DNA of 63,638 nt, the filler included. It is 6 parts of 6 records of this genome, joined end to end, with 100 filler letters (N's around TTAATTAATTAA, not from the genome) between each part and the next. Parts side by side here need not be neighbours in the genome. Positions count along the whole stretch, not along the records: positions 16,653 to 33,055 come from DRR723986_4265; positions 33,156 to 51,728 come from DRR723986_4283; 4 more parts are not named here. The stretch is one strand, 5' to 3'. Made by a program: the position numbers and the translations under genes. Under the pieces are notes generated by a model. The model made no database searches and was not told the DNA's origin. It saw nothing but the letters and a program-made list of their open reading frames with translations. Of the stretch, positions 30,884-41,407 are shown piece after piece; position 1 is the first letter of the stretch; the number at the start of each line of letters is the position of its first letter.

Positions 30884-31114
30884 GCGCGCATTCCTGAGTG
30901 GTTTGGGCCCCATAAGGTGGACCTGTTTGTTCGCGCCCCTAATACGCCGAACCGGCTGGTTTGCCACCCCCTGTGACAGGAGGCTCCGGTTCAATGGAAT
31001 GAGCTGGATGCGCAGTGTATTGGCGAACGGTGTGGCCGAGTGTTTCCGGTTAGGTTAGGTGGAAAGTGACGTGCTGTTTCCAGAAGGAAACGGATTTCAG
31101 GAAGGGGACATGGA

Positions 31115-32071
31115 ATGAGTAGAATTCTCACCCTGTCGGCAGCATCGCTGGTGCTTGCGGGAGTGGCGGCAGCGCAGGGAACCGGAGACTATCCGGCCGA
31201 CGCGGGGCCTGGGTCCTGTTATGCGCGGGTGCTGATCCCCGAAACCTATGAGATCCAAACCGAACAGGTGCTGGACCAGCCTGAGCATACCGAAGCCCGC
31301 GTCATCCCCGCGACGTTCGAAACTGTTGTGGAACGGGTATTGGTGAAGGAACAGGCGCTGACTTACCGGGTGGTGCCGCCGGTTTACGAGATCGAGACCG
31401 AACAGCTGCTGGTCGTGCCGGAACAGACCGAAACTGTCGTGGTTCCTGCAGAATACGAGACATTTACCGAACAGGTTCTGGTTCGCCCCTCTTATATTAC
31501 CTGGAAACCGGGCACCGGGCTTTTCGGCCGGCAGCAATCTGGCGAGGACAATATTACCCTGACCACGGGTGAGGTCCTGTGCCGTGTCGAGGTGCCCGCC
31601 CAGTATGAAACTGTCACGCGGACTCGCCTGAAATCGCCCGAGCGTGTCGAGACCGGGGTGATTCCGGCTCGATTCCGCACTGTCGAGCGCCAGGTGCTGC
31701 GTGAACCGGCCCGAGTGATCGAGGAAATCGTTCCGGCCGAATATGAAGAGATAGAAGTCCAGCGCCTTGTGACGCCGGAACAACAGGAAACGATCGTCGT
31801 TCCGGCGACTTACAAGACAATCGAAAAAAAGACCGTCACAGGTGGCGGTACAGTGGAATGGCGGGAAGTGCTCTGCGATTCCAACGCAACCAAGGCGAAG
31901 ATTGTCGAAGTCCAGCGCGCCCTGGCGTCCAAAGGCTACAAGGTACAGGCTGACGGCGTATTCGGCCCCGCAACGCTTGATGCAATGGAAGACTGGCAGG
32001 AAAAGAACGGCCTGCCGGTGGGGTACCTGACCATCAGCACTGTTGAGTCGCTGGGTGTTTCGCCCGAGTAA
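31115..32071 (+). CDS. Secreted protein with eight 23-aa repeats and a C-terminal peptidoglycan-binding domain
   Basis: Signal peptide; (I/V)PxxY/FET..E.VL repeats; C-terminal VQRAL..KGY....DGVFGPAT..A...WQ (PG_binding_1-like). Confidence 0.85.
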   Translation: MSRILTLSAASLVLAGVAAAQGTGDYPADAGPGSCYARVLIPETYEIQTEQVLDQPEHTEARVIPATFETVVERVLVKEQALTYRVVPPVYEIETEQLLVVPEQTETVVVPAEYETFTEQVLVRPSYITWKPGTGLFGRQQSGEDNITLTTGEVLCRVEVPAQYETVTRTRLKSPERVETGVIPARFRTVERQVLREPARVIEEIVPAEYEEIEVQRLVTPEQQETIVVPATYKTIEKKTVTGGGTVEWREVLCDSNATKAKIVEVQRALASKGYKVQADGVFGPATLDAMEDWQEKNGLPVGYLTISTVESLGVSPE

Positions 32072-32268
32072 CGGGAATTTGGGGCACAGCTGCCTTCCGG
32101 GCAGGCAAACAGGGCGATCAGCCGTGACGCACAGCCGCACATCTGCCCCCGTGAGGTGGCCGAAAGCAGACTTTAAGATAAGTCTCACCGTTATGTGGCG
32201 TGGATGTGTTGCGTGGATGGCAAAACCGTCCTAATCCGGCGCCAGCACAGGCTAGGAGGCCCTCTCTC

Positions 32269-32643
32269 ATGTCGGACATCGAACGGCTGGCGCTCGACTA
32301 TCTACCGGTGATCATCTTTCTGGTGCTCGGTGCAGCGATTTCGGGCCTTTTCATTGTCGGTTCACTGCTGTTGGCACCATCCGAACCCGACCCTGAGAAA
32401 AACTCCGCCTATGAGTGCGGTTTCCCCGCTTTCGACGATGCCCGCATGAAGTTCGACGTCCGGTTCTATCTGGTCGCCATTCTTTTCATCATCTTCGACC
32501 TTGAAGTGGCCTTCCTGTTCCCGTGGGCGATCAGCCTCGGCACGATCGGTCTGGTCGGCTTCTGGTCGATGGTTGTCTTCCTGGGCGTTCTTACCGTTGG
32601 CTTCATCTACGAATGGCGCCGTGGCGCGCTGGAGTGGGAATAA
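32269..32643 (+). CDS. nuoA: NADH-quinone oxidoreductase subunit A
   Basis: [28 protein letters not shown] and GALEWE motifs. Confidence 0.96.
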   Translation: MSDIERLALDYLPVIIFLVLGAAISGLFIVGSLLLAPSEPDPEKNSAYECGFPAFDDARMKFDVRFYLVAILFIIFDLEVAFLFPWAISLGTIGLVGFWSMVVFLGVLTVGFIYEWRRGALEWE

Positions 32644-33055
32644 TGGCCGAAGAGTTCAAGACATATGCGCTGGGCGGCGCCCGTTCGGGCGTCGAAGGCG
32701 GTTTCAAGCCCGGACAGGACGATCCGTTCTATTCCGGCCTGTCCGACCAGCTGGCCGACAAGGGCTATTTTACTGCCGCCGCAGACGACCTGATCGCGTG
32801 GGCGCGCACCGGTTCGCTGATGTGGATGACCTTCGGTCTCGCCTGCTGCGCGGTCGAAATGATGCACGCCGGTAACCCGCGCTACGACCTTGAGCGCTTC
32901 GGCATGGCGCCGCGCGGTTCACCCCGCCAGTCGGACGTCATGATCGTTGCCGGCACGCTGACCAACAAGATGGCTCCGGCCCTGCGCAAGGTCTACGACC
33001 AGATGCCGGAGCCGCGCTACGTGATCTCGATGGGCAGCTGCGCCAATGGCGGCGG
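32643..33055 (+). CDS. nuoB: NADH-quinone oxidoreductase subunit B, 3'-truncated
   Basis: [16 protein letters not shown] and SMGSCANGG motifs. Confidence 0.96.
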
Positions 33056-33155
33056 NNNNNNNNNNNNNNNNNNNNNNNNNNNNNNNNNNNNNNNNNNNNT
33101 TAATTAATTAANNNNNNNNNNNNNNNNNNNNNNNNNNNNNNNNNNNNNNNNNNNN
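33056..33155. other. Artificial contig-joining spacer
   Basis: N44-TTAATTAATTAA-N44. Confidence 0.99.
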
Positions 33156-33191
33156 CCAAAAACCGGTGCCTTACCACTTGGCGACGCCCCA
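33156..33191 (-). tRNA. tRNA-Gln(TTG), 5' half only (cut by contig end)
   Basis: Minus strand reads TGGGGCG TC GCC AAGTGGTAA GGC A CCGGT TT TTG G: acceptor 5' strand, D-arm, anticodon TTG. Confidence 0.88.
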
Positions 33192-33346
33192 CCATACGGT
33201 GTGGCGCGGTTTGTAAAGAAACTGGCCCACCCTGTAAAGCTAATTTTTTCATGGAGAGCAGCAAAATAGAATTCGCTAATCCAGATGCACCAGAAACAGC
33301 CCGGAACCAAGCGTTTTCATACGCATACAAACCTGCACCAAGAGCC

Positions 33347-34270
33347 TCAATCGCCGATTATATCTGCCATAACCCACCAATCAGCGTTTTGTTCTTTCAC
33401 GCGGCGCGCAACAGATTCGGCAGCCGCCATGTCCTGATACAGCGCGAATACAGACGCGCCACTACCAGACATGCGAATTAAATCACTCTGGCTGTGATCT
33501 GACAAAAACCTGACTATCGAGAGAACCTCTGGGCACAATTGTTCGGCTGGGTGCTGCAAACTATTTTCGACCAAAGTACGCAAATTTGCGATGCTCGATA
33601 TCACATTCACCGCGTCTTGTAGTGGCAGATCAAAAGATGGAAGGCCCCGGTCTGCGCGGGACGCCTGAAAGGCCTTGAAAACCTTGGGCGTAGAAACCTG
33701 AACGCCTGGGTTTACAAGAACAACCCCAGCTGACCATGGCAGTTTCACAGGCGTTCGAATTTCACCGATACCGCGAACGATTTGTGAACAGCTGGTTAAA
33801 CAAGACGGGACATCTGCACCCAAATCCAATGCAAGAGCTGTTAGCTCTGCCTCCGAAAGGCCCGTTTTCCATAGAGCATTCAAGCCCAACAAGGCGGCAG
33901 CGGCGTCGGCAGAGCCGCCACCTAAACCAGAGGCCACAGGCAAGTTTTTCTCCAACTCAATCTGCGCACCTTGGTGGGTGCCAGTACGGTTTTTCAAAGC
34001 CCGTGCCGCTTTCATGACCAAATTGTCAGACGTCTTTTCGGCCGCAAGGGCCTCGGAAAAAGTGCCTGTAACGGCAAAATTTAGCGTTTTACTGGGCAAA
34101 AATCGTAAAAAATCACCCTTTTTTGTGAACGAAAACAAACTTTCTAGAAAATGATACCCATCATTCCGGCGCCCCGTGATGTGCAAAAACAAATTTATTT
34201 TCGCCGGCGCTTTAACGAAAAAGCTTCCATCCGGTCCAATCTCAACGCGTTTCTCGAGGCGGCTATCCAT
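33347..34270 (-). CDS. ispE: 4-diphosphocytidyl-2-C-methyl-D-erythritol kinase
   Basis: APAKINLFLH, PVASGLGGGSADAAA, LGADVP and MSGSGAS motifs; alternative GTG start at 34297. Confidence 0.95.
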   Translation of the reverse strand: MDSRLEKRVEIGPDGSFFVKAPAKINLFLHITGRRNDGYHFLESLFSFTKKGDFLRFLPSKTLNFAVTGTFSEALAAEKTSDNLVMKAARALKNRTGTHQGAQIELEKNLPVASGLGGGSADAAAALLGLNALWKTGLSEAELTALALDLGADVPSCLTSCSQIVRGIGEIRTPVKLPWSAGVVLVNPGVQVSTPKVFKAFQASRADRGLPSFDLPLQDAVNVISSIANLRTLVENSLQHPAEQLCPEVLSIVRFLSDHSQSDLIRMSGSGASVFALYQDMAAAESVARRVKEQNADWWVMADIIGD

Positions 34271-34344
34271 GCCTACGATTTCCCACTCACTCTTCACACT
34301 TAACCATGTTTCATAACCGTTTTTGCATTGGCCTTGGCTTTTGG

Positions 34345-36072
34345 TTACGACTCTTTCGGAAGGCCCATATCAAGTTTGTTTAGCAGTTCGGTCAACTCGT
34401 CTGCATCAGGCTGATTATCAATGGCATGTTGCCACTGAAAACGTGCCTCAATCCTGCGACCAACCCGCCAATAAGCATCGCCCAAGTGATGATTAATGGT
34501 TACATCGTCAGGTTCCATGCGCACAGCCTTCTCAAGCTGTTTAACCGCTTCATTATAGTCGCCAGTGAGAAAGTTCACCCACCCAAGGCTATCAATGATA
34601 AATCCGTCTTCCGGGCGCTGTTTAACTGCCTTTTCAATCAGTCCTTTAGCTTCATTAACCTTCATACCGCGGTCAATCCAACTATAGCCCAGATAGTTCA
34701 GCACACTGGGTTCGTCCGGACTTAATTCAAGCGCACTGAGGAAGTCTGCTTCAGCCTTTGGCCAGTCATCCAATCGTTCATGGCAAACCGCGCGGGCAAA
34801 AAATGAAAACCAATCAGACCGACCGGCCTGCTGATTGAGGCTAATTGCTTGATTATAATGCAAAATCGCCTCTAGGAAATCTTCTCGCTCTCGCAAAATA
34901 TCGCCAAGCGAGGTGAGAAAATACGCATTTTTGGGGTTGTCACGAAGCGCGGTTCTTAGCTTGTCTTCCGCTTCATCAGAGCGACCTGCGCGGATAAGCG
35001 CATTAATCAACCGCTCGTCCGCTGCCTGCCTAAGGGTACTGGACGCTGGTACAGCACCATAAACCTGTACGGCTGCTTCTGGTTTTTCCAACTGATCCAT
35101 CAGAGTACCCAACATAAAATATATGTCGGCCACTTCCGGAGTCAGGTAAGACGCGATGCGTAAATAAACAATCGCGGCTTGGGGCGAACTGCCGCGGGAA
35201 AACTCGCCAGCTAATCGATAAAACATGCCGCCCACTGCGCCTCTCGGGCTTGCCGTTGGTTGGCTAGGGCTTCTACCCGCCGCAATTAACATCCCCTCGC
35301 GCAGTAAAAATCGATTGTTGTTGAACCGTTCGGCTTGCTTGCCCAAAAATGACCGCGCTTCTTTAACGCGCCCGGTACGAACAAGCATATGAGCATAGGA
35401 AACAAACGGTTGCAGTGAGACCGGTTGCGCAGCATTAGCAAGCAACAAATATTGTGTTTGCGCCAAGTCGTAATTCTGCAAGTGATCTAACATATAGGCG
35501 CGGTGTTCTTCGGCGATTGGCTTCAGCCTTTGATCAACAACCATAGGTGCCAATGACTGCTCTGCCGCAGCCATATCACCCTCTGCAACATAGCTCCAAG
35601 CCTCAAGCAAAGGAGACATCAACCCTGCAAAGCCCGCCAACTCCACTTGGGCAACACGCTGTCTAACAGTTTCCCAATCATTGCGCTTGAAGGCCTCTAG
35701 CACATAAAGAATAGAAATCAGGTCGTCATTTTTTTGCTGCTGATCAGAGGTAGCAATATTGACAGCAACGCGTGCGGCATCATCAAGGCGACCCGCGTGA
35801 AGCAGTTGGAAGAACGCCTTGTCCGCAACGAATTTACTTTCGGGGTCGTTTTCCAAAGCTTGAAGATAATATCTCGCCGCCGCAGCAAACTCAGAATCGC
35901 TCTGCGCCATTGTTGCCGCAGCAAATGAGCCATACTGACTACCCGCCGTTTCAACACTTGCAAACTCGCTATGCAAAGGGTCGGTTACTGGTGCTAAATC
36001 GCTGCTATCTTGCACAGTGGCACAACCAGCCACCAATGCTGCCAAAGGCAAATATTTAACAAACGACGCCAT
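34345..36072 (-). CDS. Tetratricopeptide-repeat lipoprotein
   Basis: Lipobox LVAGC; VLNYLGYSW, IIDSLGWV and HLGDAYWRVGR.EARFQW TPR motifs; ETF-QO/TPR/ispE synteny. Confidence 0.9.
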   Translation of the reverse strand: MASFVKYLPLAALVAGCATVQDSSDLAPVTDPLHSEFASVETAGSQYGSFAAATMAQSDSEFAAAARYYLQALENDPESKFVADKAFFQLLHAGRLDDAARVAVNIATSDQQQKNDDLISILYVLEAFKRNDWETVRQRVAQVELAGFAGLMSPLLEAWSYVAEGDMAAAEQSLAPMVVDQRLKPIAEEHRAYMLDHLQNYDLAQTQYLLLANAAQPVSLQPFVSYAHMLVRTGRVKEARSFLGKQAERFNNNRFLLREGMLIAAGRSPSQPTASPRGAVGGMFYRLAGEFSRGSSPQAAIVYLRIASYLTPEVADIYFMLGTLMDQLEKPEAAVQVYGAVPASSTLRQAADERLINALIRAGRSDEAEDKLRTALRDNPKNAYFLTSLGDILREREDFLEAILHYNQAISLNQQAGRSDWFSFFARAVCHERLDDWPKAEADFLSALELSPDEPSVLNYLGYSWIDRGMKVNEAKGLIEKAVKQRPEDGFIIDSLGWVNFLTGDYNEAVKQLEKAVRMEPDDVTINHHLGDAYWRVGRRIEARFQWQHAIDNQPDADELTELLNKLDMGLPKES

Positions 36073-36131
36073 CAATGGCTTCCTCAACTAAAAACTACTG
36101 GAGCAACTAAGTATAACTGCAGCGCAGCCTA

Positions 36132-37787
36132 TCACATATTTGGATAGTTTGGTCCACCGCCGCCTTCAGGCACCACCCAATTAATATTTTGGGTCACATC
36201 TTTAATATCGCAGGTTTTGCAATGAACGCAGTTTTGTGCATTTATCTGAAGCTGCTGGTCACTGCCTTCACCGACAAATTCATAAACCCCTGCCGGACAA
36301 AACCGTTGCTCGGGGCCAGCATAGTTGGCCAAATTAACGGTAACAGGAACGGTCTCATCCTTGAGTGTCAGATGAATCGGTTGGTCTTCCTCATGGTTGG
36401 TATTTGACAAAAATACCGAGGTTAATTTGTCAAATGATATCACGCCATCAGGTTTTGGATACTCAATGGGTTTAGCGTTCGACGCCTTTTGGGTTGCTTC
36501 ATTGTCTTTGTGCTTGTGTTTAAGTGTGGGCATTAATCCACCTAAGCCAAGCGTATTCATCCACATATCAAAACCGGAATAGAGCGTGCCGATCTTGATG
36601 CCAAATTTGCTAAGTGATGGACGCGCATTGCGCACTTTATGAAGGTCTTTATATATCCAGCTACTTTTGAATGCCTGTTCGTAGCTGGCAAGTTCCACTT
36701 CACCGTTTGAGCCCGAAGTGATTGCCTCAAATGCACTTTCAGCGGCAAGCATACCTGATTTCATTGCATTGTGACTGCCTTTGATACGCGGCACATTCAC
36801 AAAACCGGCGGCGCAGCCAATCAAGGCACCCCCCCGGAAGTATAGCTTGGGAACAGACTGCAAGCCACCTTCATTAATAGCGCGCGCACCATAAGATACA
36901 CGTCGCCCACCTTCCAAAATTTCGCGTACAGCGGGGTGGGTTTTATAGCGCTGCATCTCATCAAACGGTGACAAGTAAGGGTTTTCATAATCCAGTGTGA
37001 CTACAAACCCGATAGCAATTTGGTTATTTTCCTGGTGATAGATGAAACCACCACCGGCTGTATCGTTATCCAGCGGCCACCCCTGCGAGTGTATAACCCT
37101 GCCCGGCACATGCTTTGCCGGGTCAATATCCCACAACTCCTTGATACCGATACCATATGTTTGGAACTGGCAGTTTTCTCGAAGGGCAAATTTATCCTCA
37201 AGCTGTTTAGAAAGCGAGCCGCGGCAACCTTCAGCGAAGAAAGTATATTTTGCATGAAGTTCCATGCCCGGTTCATGGCTACCTTTAGGCTGGCCGTCGC
37301 GGCCAATGCCCATGTCACCAGTTGCAACACCCTTAACGCGGCCATCCTCGTGGAAAAGCACTTCTGCACCGGCAAAACCGGGGTAAATTTCTACGCCCAT
37401 GGCTTCAGCCTGCTCACCAAGCCACCGAGTTAAGTTGCCAAGTGAAGTTGTGTACATGCCCTTATTTGACAGCAATGGCGGCATAATGAAGTGAGGTAGT
37501 TTCTTCTTGCCGCCTTCGGTTAAAACCCAGTGCTGGTTGTCCGTTACCGGCGTGTTGAGGGGCGCACCCTTATCTTTCCAGTCAGGTATCAACTCGTTAA
37601 GCGCTAATGGGTCAACCACTGCGCCAGACAGAATATGTGCACCAATTTCTGAGCCCTTTTCAATCACGCAAACTGTCAGCTCTGCGCTTTTTTCTTCAGC
37701 CAGTTGCATCAAGCGTATCGCAGAAGACAATCCCGCTGGGCCGCCACCAACAATTACAACGTCAAAGTCCATGGATTCTCGTTCCAT
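36132..37787 (-). CDS. Electron transfer flavoprotein-ubiquinone oxidoreductase
   Basis: GGGPAGL FAD motif, [15 protein letters not shown]...[12 protein letters not shown] 4Fe-4S motif and PEGGGGPNY. Confidence 0.96.
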   Translation of the reverse strand: MERESMDFDVVIVGGGPAGLSSAIRLMQLAEEKSAELTVCVIEKGSEIGAHILSGAVVDPLALNELIPDWKDKGAPLNTPVTDNQHWVLTEGGKKKLPHFIMPPLLSNKGMYTTSLGNLTRWLGEQAEAMGVEIYPGFAGAEVLFHEDGRVKGVATGDMGIGRDGQPKGSHEPGMELHAKYTFFAEGCRGSLSKQLEDKFALRENCQFQTYGIGIKELWDIDPAKHVPGRVIHSQGWPLDNDTAGGGFIYHQENNQIAIGFVVTLDYENPYLSPFDEMQRYKTHPAVREILEGGRRVSYGARAINEGGLQSVPKLYFRGGALIGCAAGFVNVPRIKGSHNAMKSGMLAAESAFEAITSGSNGEVELASYEQAFKSSWIYKDLHKVRNARPSLSKFGIKIGTLYSGFDMWMNTLGLGGLMPTLKHKHKDNEATQKASNAKPIEYPKPDGVISFDKLTSVFLSNTNHEEDQPIHLTLKDETVPVTVNLANYAGPEQRFCPAGVYEFVGEGSDQQLQINAQNCVHCKTCDIKDVTQNINWVVPEGGGGPNYPNM

Positions 37788-38050
37788 GCCAAGCTCCTTA
37801 ATTCTTACACCGGGCAATGGTATAGACCGTACCCGCAAAATAATACATTCCTGAGCCGTAAACTGGTTCAAGCATATGGTATTTCAAGTCTTATGCCCGC
37901 GCGGCGGGTAAACGTCAAACACTAGCAAGCCAATGCGTCCCAGCGATAATATTCAAGCAAAAATGACTATAATTATTTTTCGCCAGATTTTTGATGCATT
38001 TCTCCCCTATTGGCCCTTATTATCAATAAGAAAAGGATAATATTTCGACC

Positions 38051-38935
38051 ATGACAGCCGAAGAACCAAACACTGCTGACTGTAATGCTGATCAGGCACT
38101 GGACCCAATGTCGCTGCTGGCATGGCAAATTGCTGTTGGGGCAGATGAGGCCATGGATGACACGCCCGTTGATCGTTTTTCAGCCGCACCACAACAACCA
38201 ATACAAAATGCAAATACTAACGCAGGTGCAAATGCGCAAACTGTCGCGGCGCAGTCTTCGAGCACACACCGACCAACTGGTGGGCCAAGGCCTGTTGTTG
38301 CCAAGCCGGTTCAATCTATTGCAGGCGCCAGCGCTGAGCATGCCGCCGCAGTTGCCGCGGCTGCCAATTCATTAGACGAATTAAAGGCTGCGATGAATGA
38401 TTTTGACGGAGGGCTTTTAAAGCGGTCTGCAAAAAACCTCGTCTTCTCAAGCGGAACTGCGGGCGCTCCAGTTATGGTTATAGGCGAAGCACCGAGTGCA
38501 GAAGATGACCAACAAGGATTGGCGTTTGTTGGCAGATCAGGCAAACTGCTTGATAAGATGCTTGCGCCTGCCGGTTTCAGCCGCGACGAAAATACCTATT
38601 TAACCATGTTTTTGCCTTGGCGGCCTTTGGGCAGTAGCAAACCAGACCCTGCTGTGATTGGCATGTGCTTGCCGTTCATGACGCGGCATATTGAATTGGC
38701 CCAGCCAAAAATGATTATTTTACTGGGCGGCGTGCCGGCAAAAGCAATGTTGGAAGCAAACGAAAGCATCACCCGCCTGCGAGGCAAATGGAAAGAAATG
38801 AATGTTAGTGGGCAAGACACACCTTGCCTGCCTATGTATGCGCCAGACCATCTGATCAATCAGCCACACCTTAAAAGACTTGCATGGCAAGATATGCTTG
38901 CCGCCAAACACAAGTATTTAGAGGTGTCGGCATGA
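38051..38935 (+). CDS. Family-4 uracil-DNA glycosylase homolog with substituted catalytic motifs
   Basis: VIGEAP, FVGRSGKLLDKML, PWRP, CLPF..RHIEL and ITRLRGKW give the fold; catalytic N and H positions read M and A. Confidence 0.85.
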   Translation: MTAEEPNTADCNADQALDPMSLLAWQIAVGADEAMDDTPVDRFSAAPQQPIQNANTNAGANAQTVAAQSSSTHRPTGGPRPVVAKPVQSIAGASAEHAAAVAAAANSLDELKAAMNDFDGGLLKRSAKNLVFSSGTAGAPVMVIGEAPSAEDDQQGLAFVGRSGKLLDKMLAPAGFSRDENTYLTMFLPWRPLGSSKPDPAVIGMCLPFMTRHIELAQPKMIILLGGVPAKAMLEANESITRLRGKWKEMNVSGQDTPCLPMYAPDHLINQPHLKRLAWQDMLAAKHKYLEVSA

Positions 38936-40764
38936 CGGATAAAGTCATTCGTTTTGCATTGATTTTCTTTGCTGGCATTACATTTAGCGCAACAACACTC
39001 ACTGCTCAAAACACCTCTGTTCCGTCGGTATCCATTCCCCAAGTTCTGTCGGACAAAGACATAAAAAATTACCGACGCATTTTTGAGCTACACCAACAGG
39101 CCAAATGGAAACAAGCCGACAAGCTTATCAAGCGTATCGATAACCCCATTTTGATGGGGCATATTCAGTTTGAGCGGCTGATGCACCCAACCGGTTATCG
39201 CAGTAAATACAGCGAATTGGCGGCCTGGATGAAGCGTTATGCCGACCACCCCAACGCTTGGCGCGTTTACCGGCTTGCAAAGCGGCGGCAAGGCAAGGCC
39301 CGCGCACCGCGGTCACCCGAAAAAACCCGATACCCGGGCGTTACGGGGCAATCTGCCTTACCCAAACCGCCGTTACCGCGCCGTAGCCGTTTGGAGGCCA
39401 AAGCGGTGAGAACTTTCTTTGCCAACATCAGGAAATATGTACGTGGCGGCAACCCGGCAAGGGCTGAAAAACGCTATTGGGCGATGGAAGCCAGAGGTCT
39501 ACTGGTGCCTCATGAGAAAGCCGAAGCGCTAGAGAGAATTGCAGCAAGTTACTATTACGAAGGTGATGATTTCAAGGCCATGAAGCTGGGCGAACTGGGC
39601 GCAGGCCTGTCTCGCGAAATTATCCCTCAGGTAGACTGGATAGCAGCCCTTGCCAACTGGCGGCGCGGCAACCTTGATGCGGCTTACATGCATTTTGAAG
39701 CTTTGGCTGGCGCAGAGCGGGCTGGCCCATGGTTGTTATCGGCAGGTGCATTCTGGGCAGGTAGAACCGCGCTTAGGCTTGAAAAACCGGATATAGCAGT
39801 TGAACATCTGAAAGCCGCTGCAACACACAATGAAACCTTCTACGGCCTCATCGCGTCTCGCCAATTGGGCATTAAACCTGCAATCGACTGGTCAGTGCCG
39901 CCTCTCAGGCAAAAGTCCGTTGATTATTTAATGAAATTTCCGGCGGCTAAAAGGGCACTCGCGTTGTCTGAAGTGGGCCGCTATGACGTAGCCGACGAAG
40001 AGTTAAGACTGCTATGGGGCAGAGAAGGCGTTGCGGTACAGAAAGATATGCTTGCTTTTGCAACGGCGCTTAATTTACCGGCAATACAAATACGATTGGG
40101 CCGTGTAGGCGGCACCGGCGACCCTGCCCCCACGGCAACCCGCTATCCCCTGCCTAACTGGGTTCCTGCGGGAGGCTTCAAGGTTGACCGAGCGCTAATA
40201 TTTGCAATGGTTCGCAAGGAGAGCGACTTTCGCAGCCGCGCTCGTAGCCGGGTTGGAGCGGGTGGCCTGATGCAGGTTATGCCCGCAACCGCAAGCTATA
40301 TTACCAATAACCGCGCGCTGTTAAGACGCAGTAGAAGCCAGCTTTACGAGCCAGAATTTAACATCGCCCTCGGCCAGCAATATATCGAATATTTGCTGGA
40401 AACAGAGTATGTGCAAGACAATTTGCTGATGGCACTTGCGGCCTATAACGGCGGGCCGGGCAGCTTGCTGGGTTGGCGGCGCGATGTGGATTTTCGTGTA
40501 GACCCGTTTCTGTTCATCGAGTCCATCGGGTTTTATGAAACCAGAAATTATATTGAACGCGTTATGGCCAATTTGTGGCTTTACCGCATGCGACTGGGCC
40601 AACCAACACCCAGCCTGGACACACTGGCTTCCGGCGCTTGGCCGACGCTTGACTATCTCGACACACCGGAAACGCCTGACGCGATGTTAAGGGCGATTAA
40701 TTTGACCCAAAACAACACTAAAAACGGCACCCAAAATAGCATAAGTGTACCCGCTGATGATTGA
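38932..40764 (+). CDS. Soluble lytic murein transglycosylase (Slt70-like)
   Basis: Signal peptide; helical N-terminal domain; [24 protein letters not shown] and ETRNY motifs; ATGA-coupled to the UDG homolog. Confidence 0.92.
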   Translation: MTDKVIRFALIFFAGITFSATTLTAQNTSVPSVSIPQVLSDKDIKNYRRIFELHQQAKWKQADKLIKRIDNPILMGHIQFERLMHPTGYRSKYSELAAWMKRYADHPNAWRVYRLAKRRQGKARAPRSPEKTRYPGVTGQSALPKPPLPRRSRLEAKAVRTFFANIRKYVRGGNPARAEKRYWAMEARGLLVPHEKAEALERIAASYYYEGDDFKAMKLGELGAGLSREIIPQVDWIAALANWRRGNLDAAYMHFEALAGAERAGPWLLSAGAFWAGRTALRLEKPDIAVEHLKAAATHNETFYGLIASRQLGIKPAIDWSVPPLRQKSVDYLMKFPAAKRALALSEVGRYDVADEELRLLWGREGVAVQKDMLAFATALNLPAIQIRLGRVGGTGDPAPTATRYPLPNWVPAGGFKVDRALIFAMVRKESDFRSRARSRVGAGGLMQVMPATASYITNNRALLRRSRSQLYEPEFNIALGQQYIEYLLETEYVQDNLLMALAAYNGGPGSLLGWRRDVDFRVDPFLFIESIGFYETRNYIERVMANLWLYRMRLGQPTPSLDTLASGAWPTLDYLDTPETPDAMLRAINLTQNNTKNGTQNSISVPADD

Positions 40765-41281
40765 TGAAACCCGCGACTTTATCCCTGTTAATCTAGGCGT
40801 GATGACCGTTTCAGACACACGCACCGCCGCTGATGATCGGTCTGGCGACACCCTTTGTGACCGGGCGGAAAAAGCGGGTCATGTGATTAAGGCACGCACA
40901 ATTGTCAAAGACGACAAGGCATCAATTACAGCGCAACTAAAAGCCTGGATTAAAGACGAGGCCATACAGGTTATTATTTCAACTGGTGGCACCGGCATAA
41001 CAGGCCGGGACATAACGCCTGAGTGTTTTGAAGCGCTTTATACGAAATCTATCCCCGGCTTCGGCGAGCTGTTTCGTATGCTGTCCTATGACCTTATCGG
41101 CACCAGCACAATTCAAAGCCGGGCCACCGGCGGCATTGCCGACACAACCCTTATGTTCGCCCTGCCCGGCTCCACCGGTGCGGTGAAAGATGGATGGGAC
41201 AAAATTCTTGTAACCCAGCTGGACAGCCGTTTCCGGCCCTGTAATTTCGTTGAGCTTATGCCCCGTTTCGGCGAGAAATAG
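40757..41281 (+). CDS. moaB: Molybdenum cofactor biosynthesis protein B
   Basis: [26 protein letters not shown] and RPCNFV motifs. Confidence 0.93.
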   Translation: MIDETRDFIPVNLGVMTVSDTRTAADDRSGDTLCDRAEKAGHVIKARTIVKDDKASITAQLKAWIKDEAIQVIISTGGTGITGRDITPECFEALYTKSIPGFGELFRMLSYDLIGTSTIQSRATGGIADTTLMFALPGSTGAVKDGWDKILVTQLDSRFRPCNFVELMPRFGEK

Positions 41282-41407
41282 ATATTAGGCCAAATTCTTA
41301 GTTGTAAATATTTACCCTTCCCTACGGCGGGTCGGTCGCTTAGGGTGTTGAGCAATCAATAATAGCAGCCGGGCAGCAACACTCGCCCGTGCATTCGGGG
41401 GAATAGC

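Noticed and set aside
29633..30976. 447-aa antisense ORF over purB (likewise 53056-54573 over gatB, 5841-7940 over the TRAP genes, 826-2319 over rnd)
   Set aside because: Typical stop-poor antisense frames of GC-rich, codon-biased genes; no recognisable motifs or RBS.
41282..41407. Glycine riboswitch upstream of the alanine/glycine symporter
   Set aside because: The region is short and lacks the glycine aptamer hallmarks (GGAGA...CCGAAG...CTCTCAGG); only a small CGGGC/GCCCG hairpin is present.
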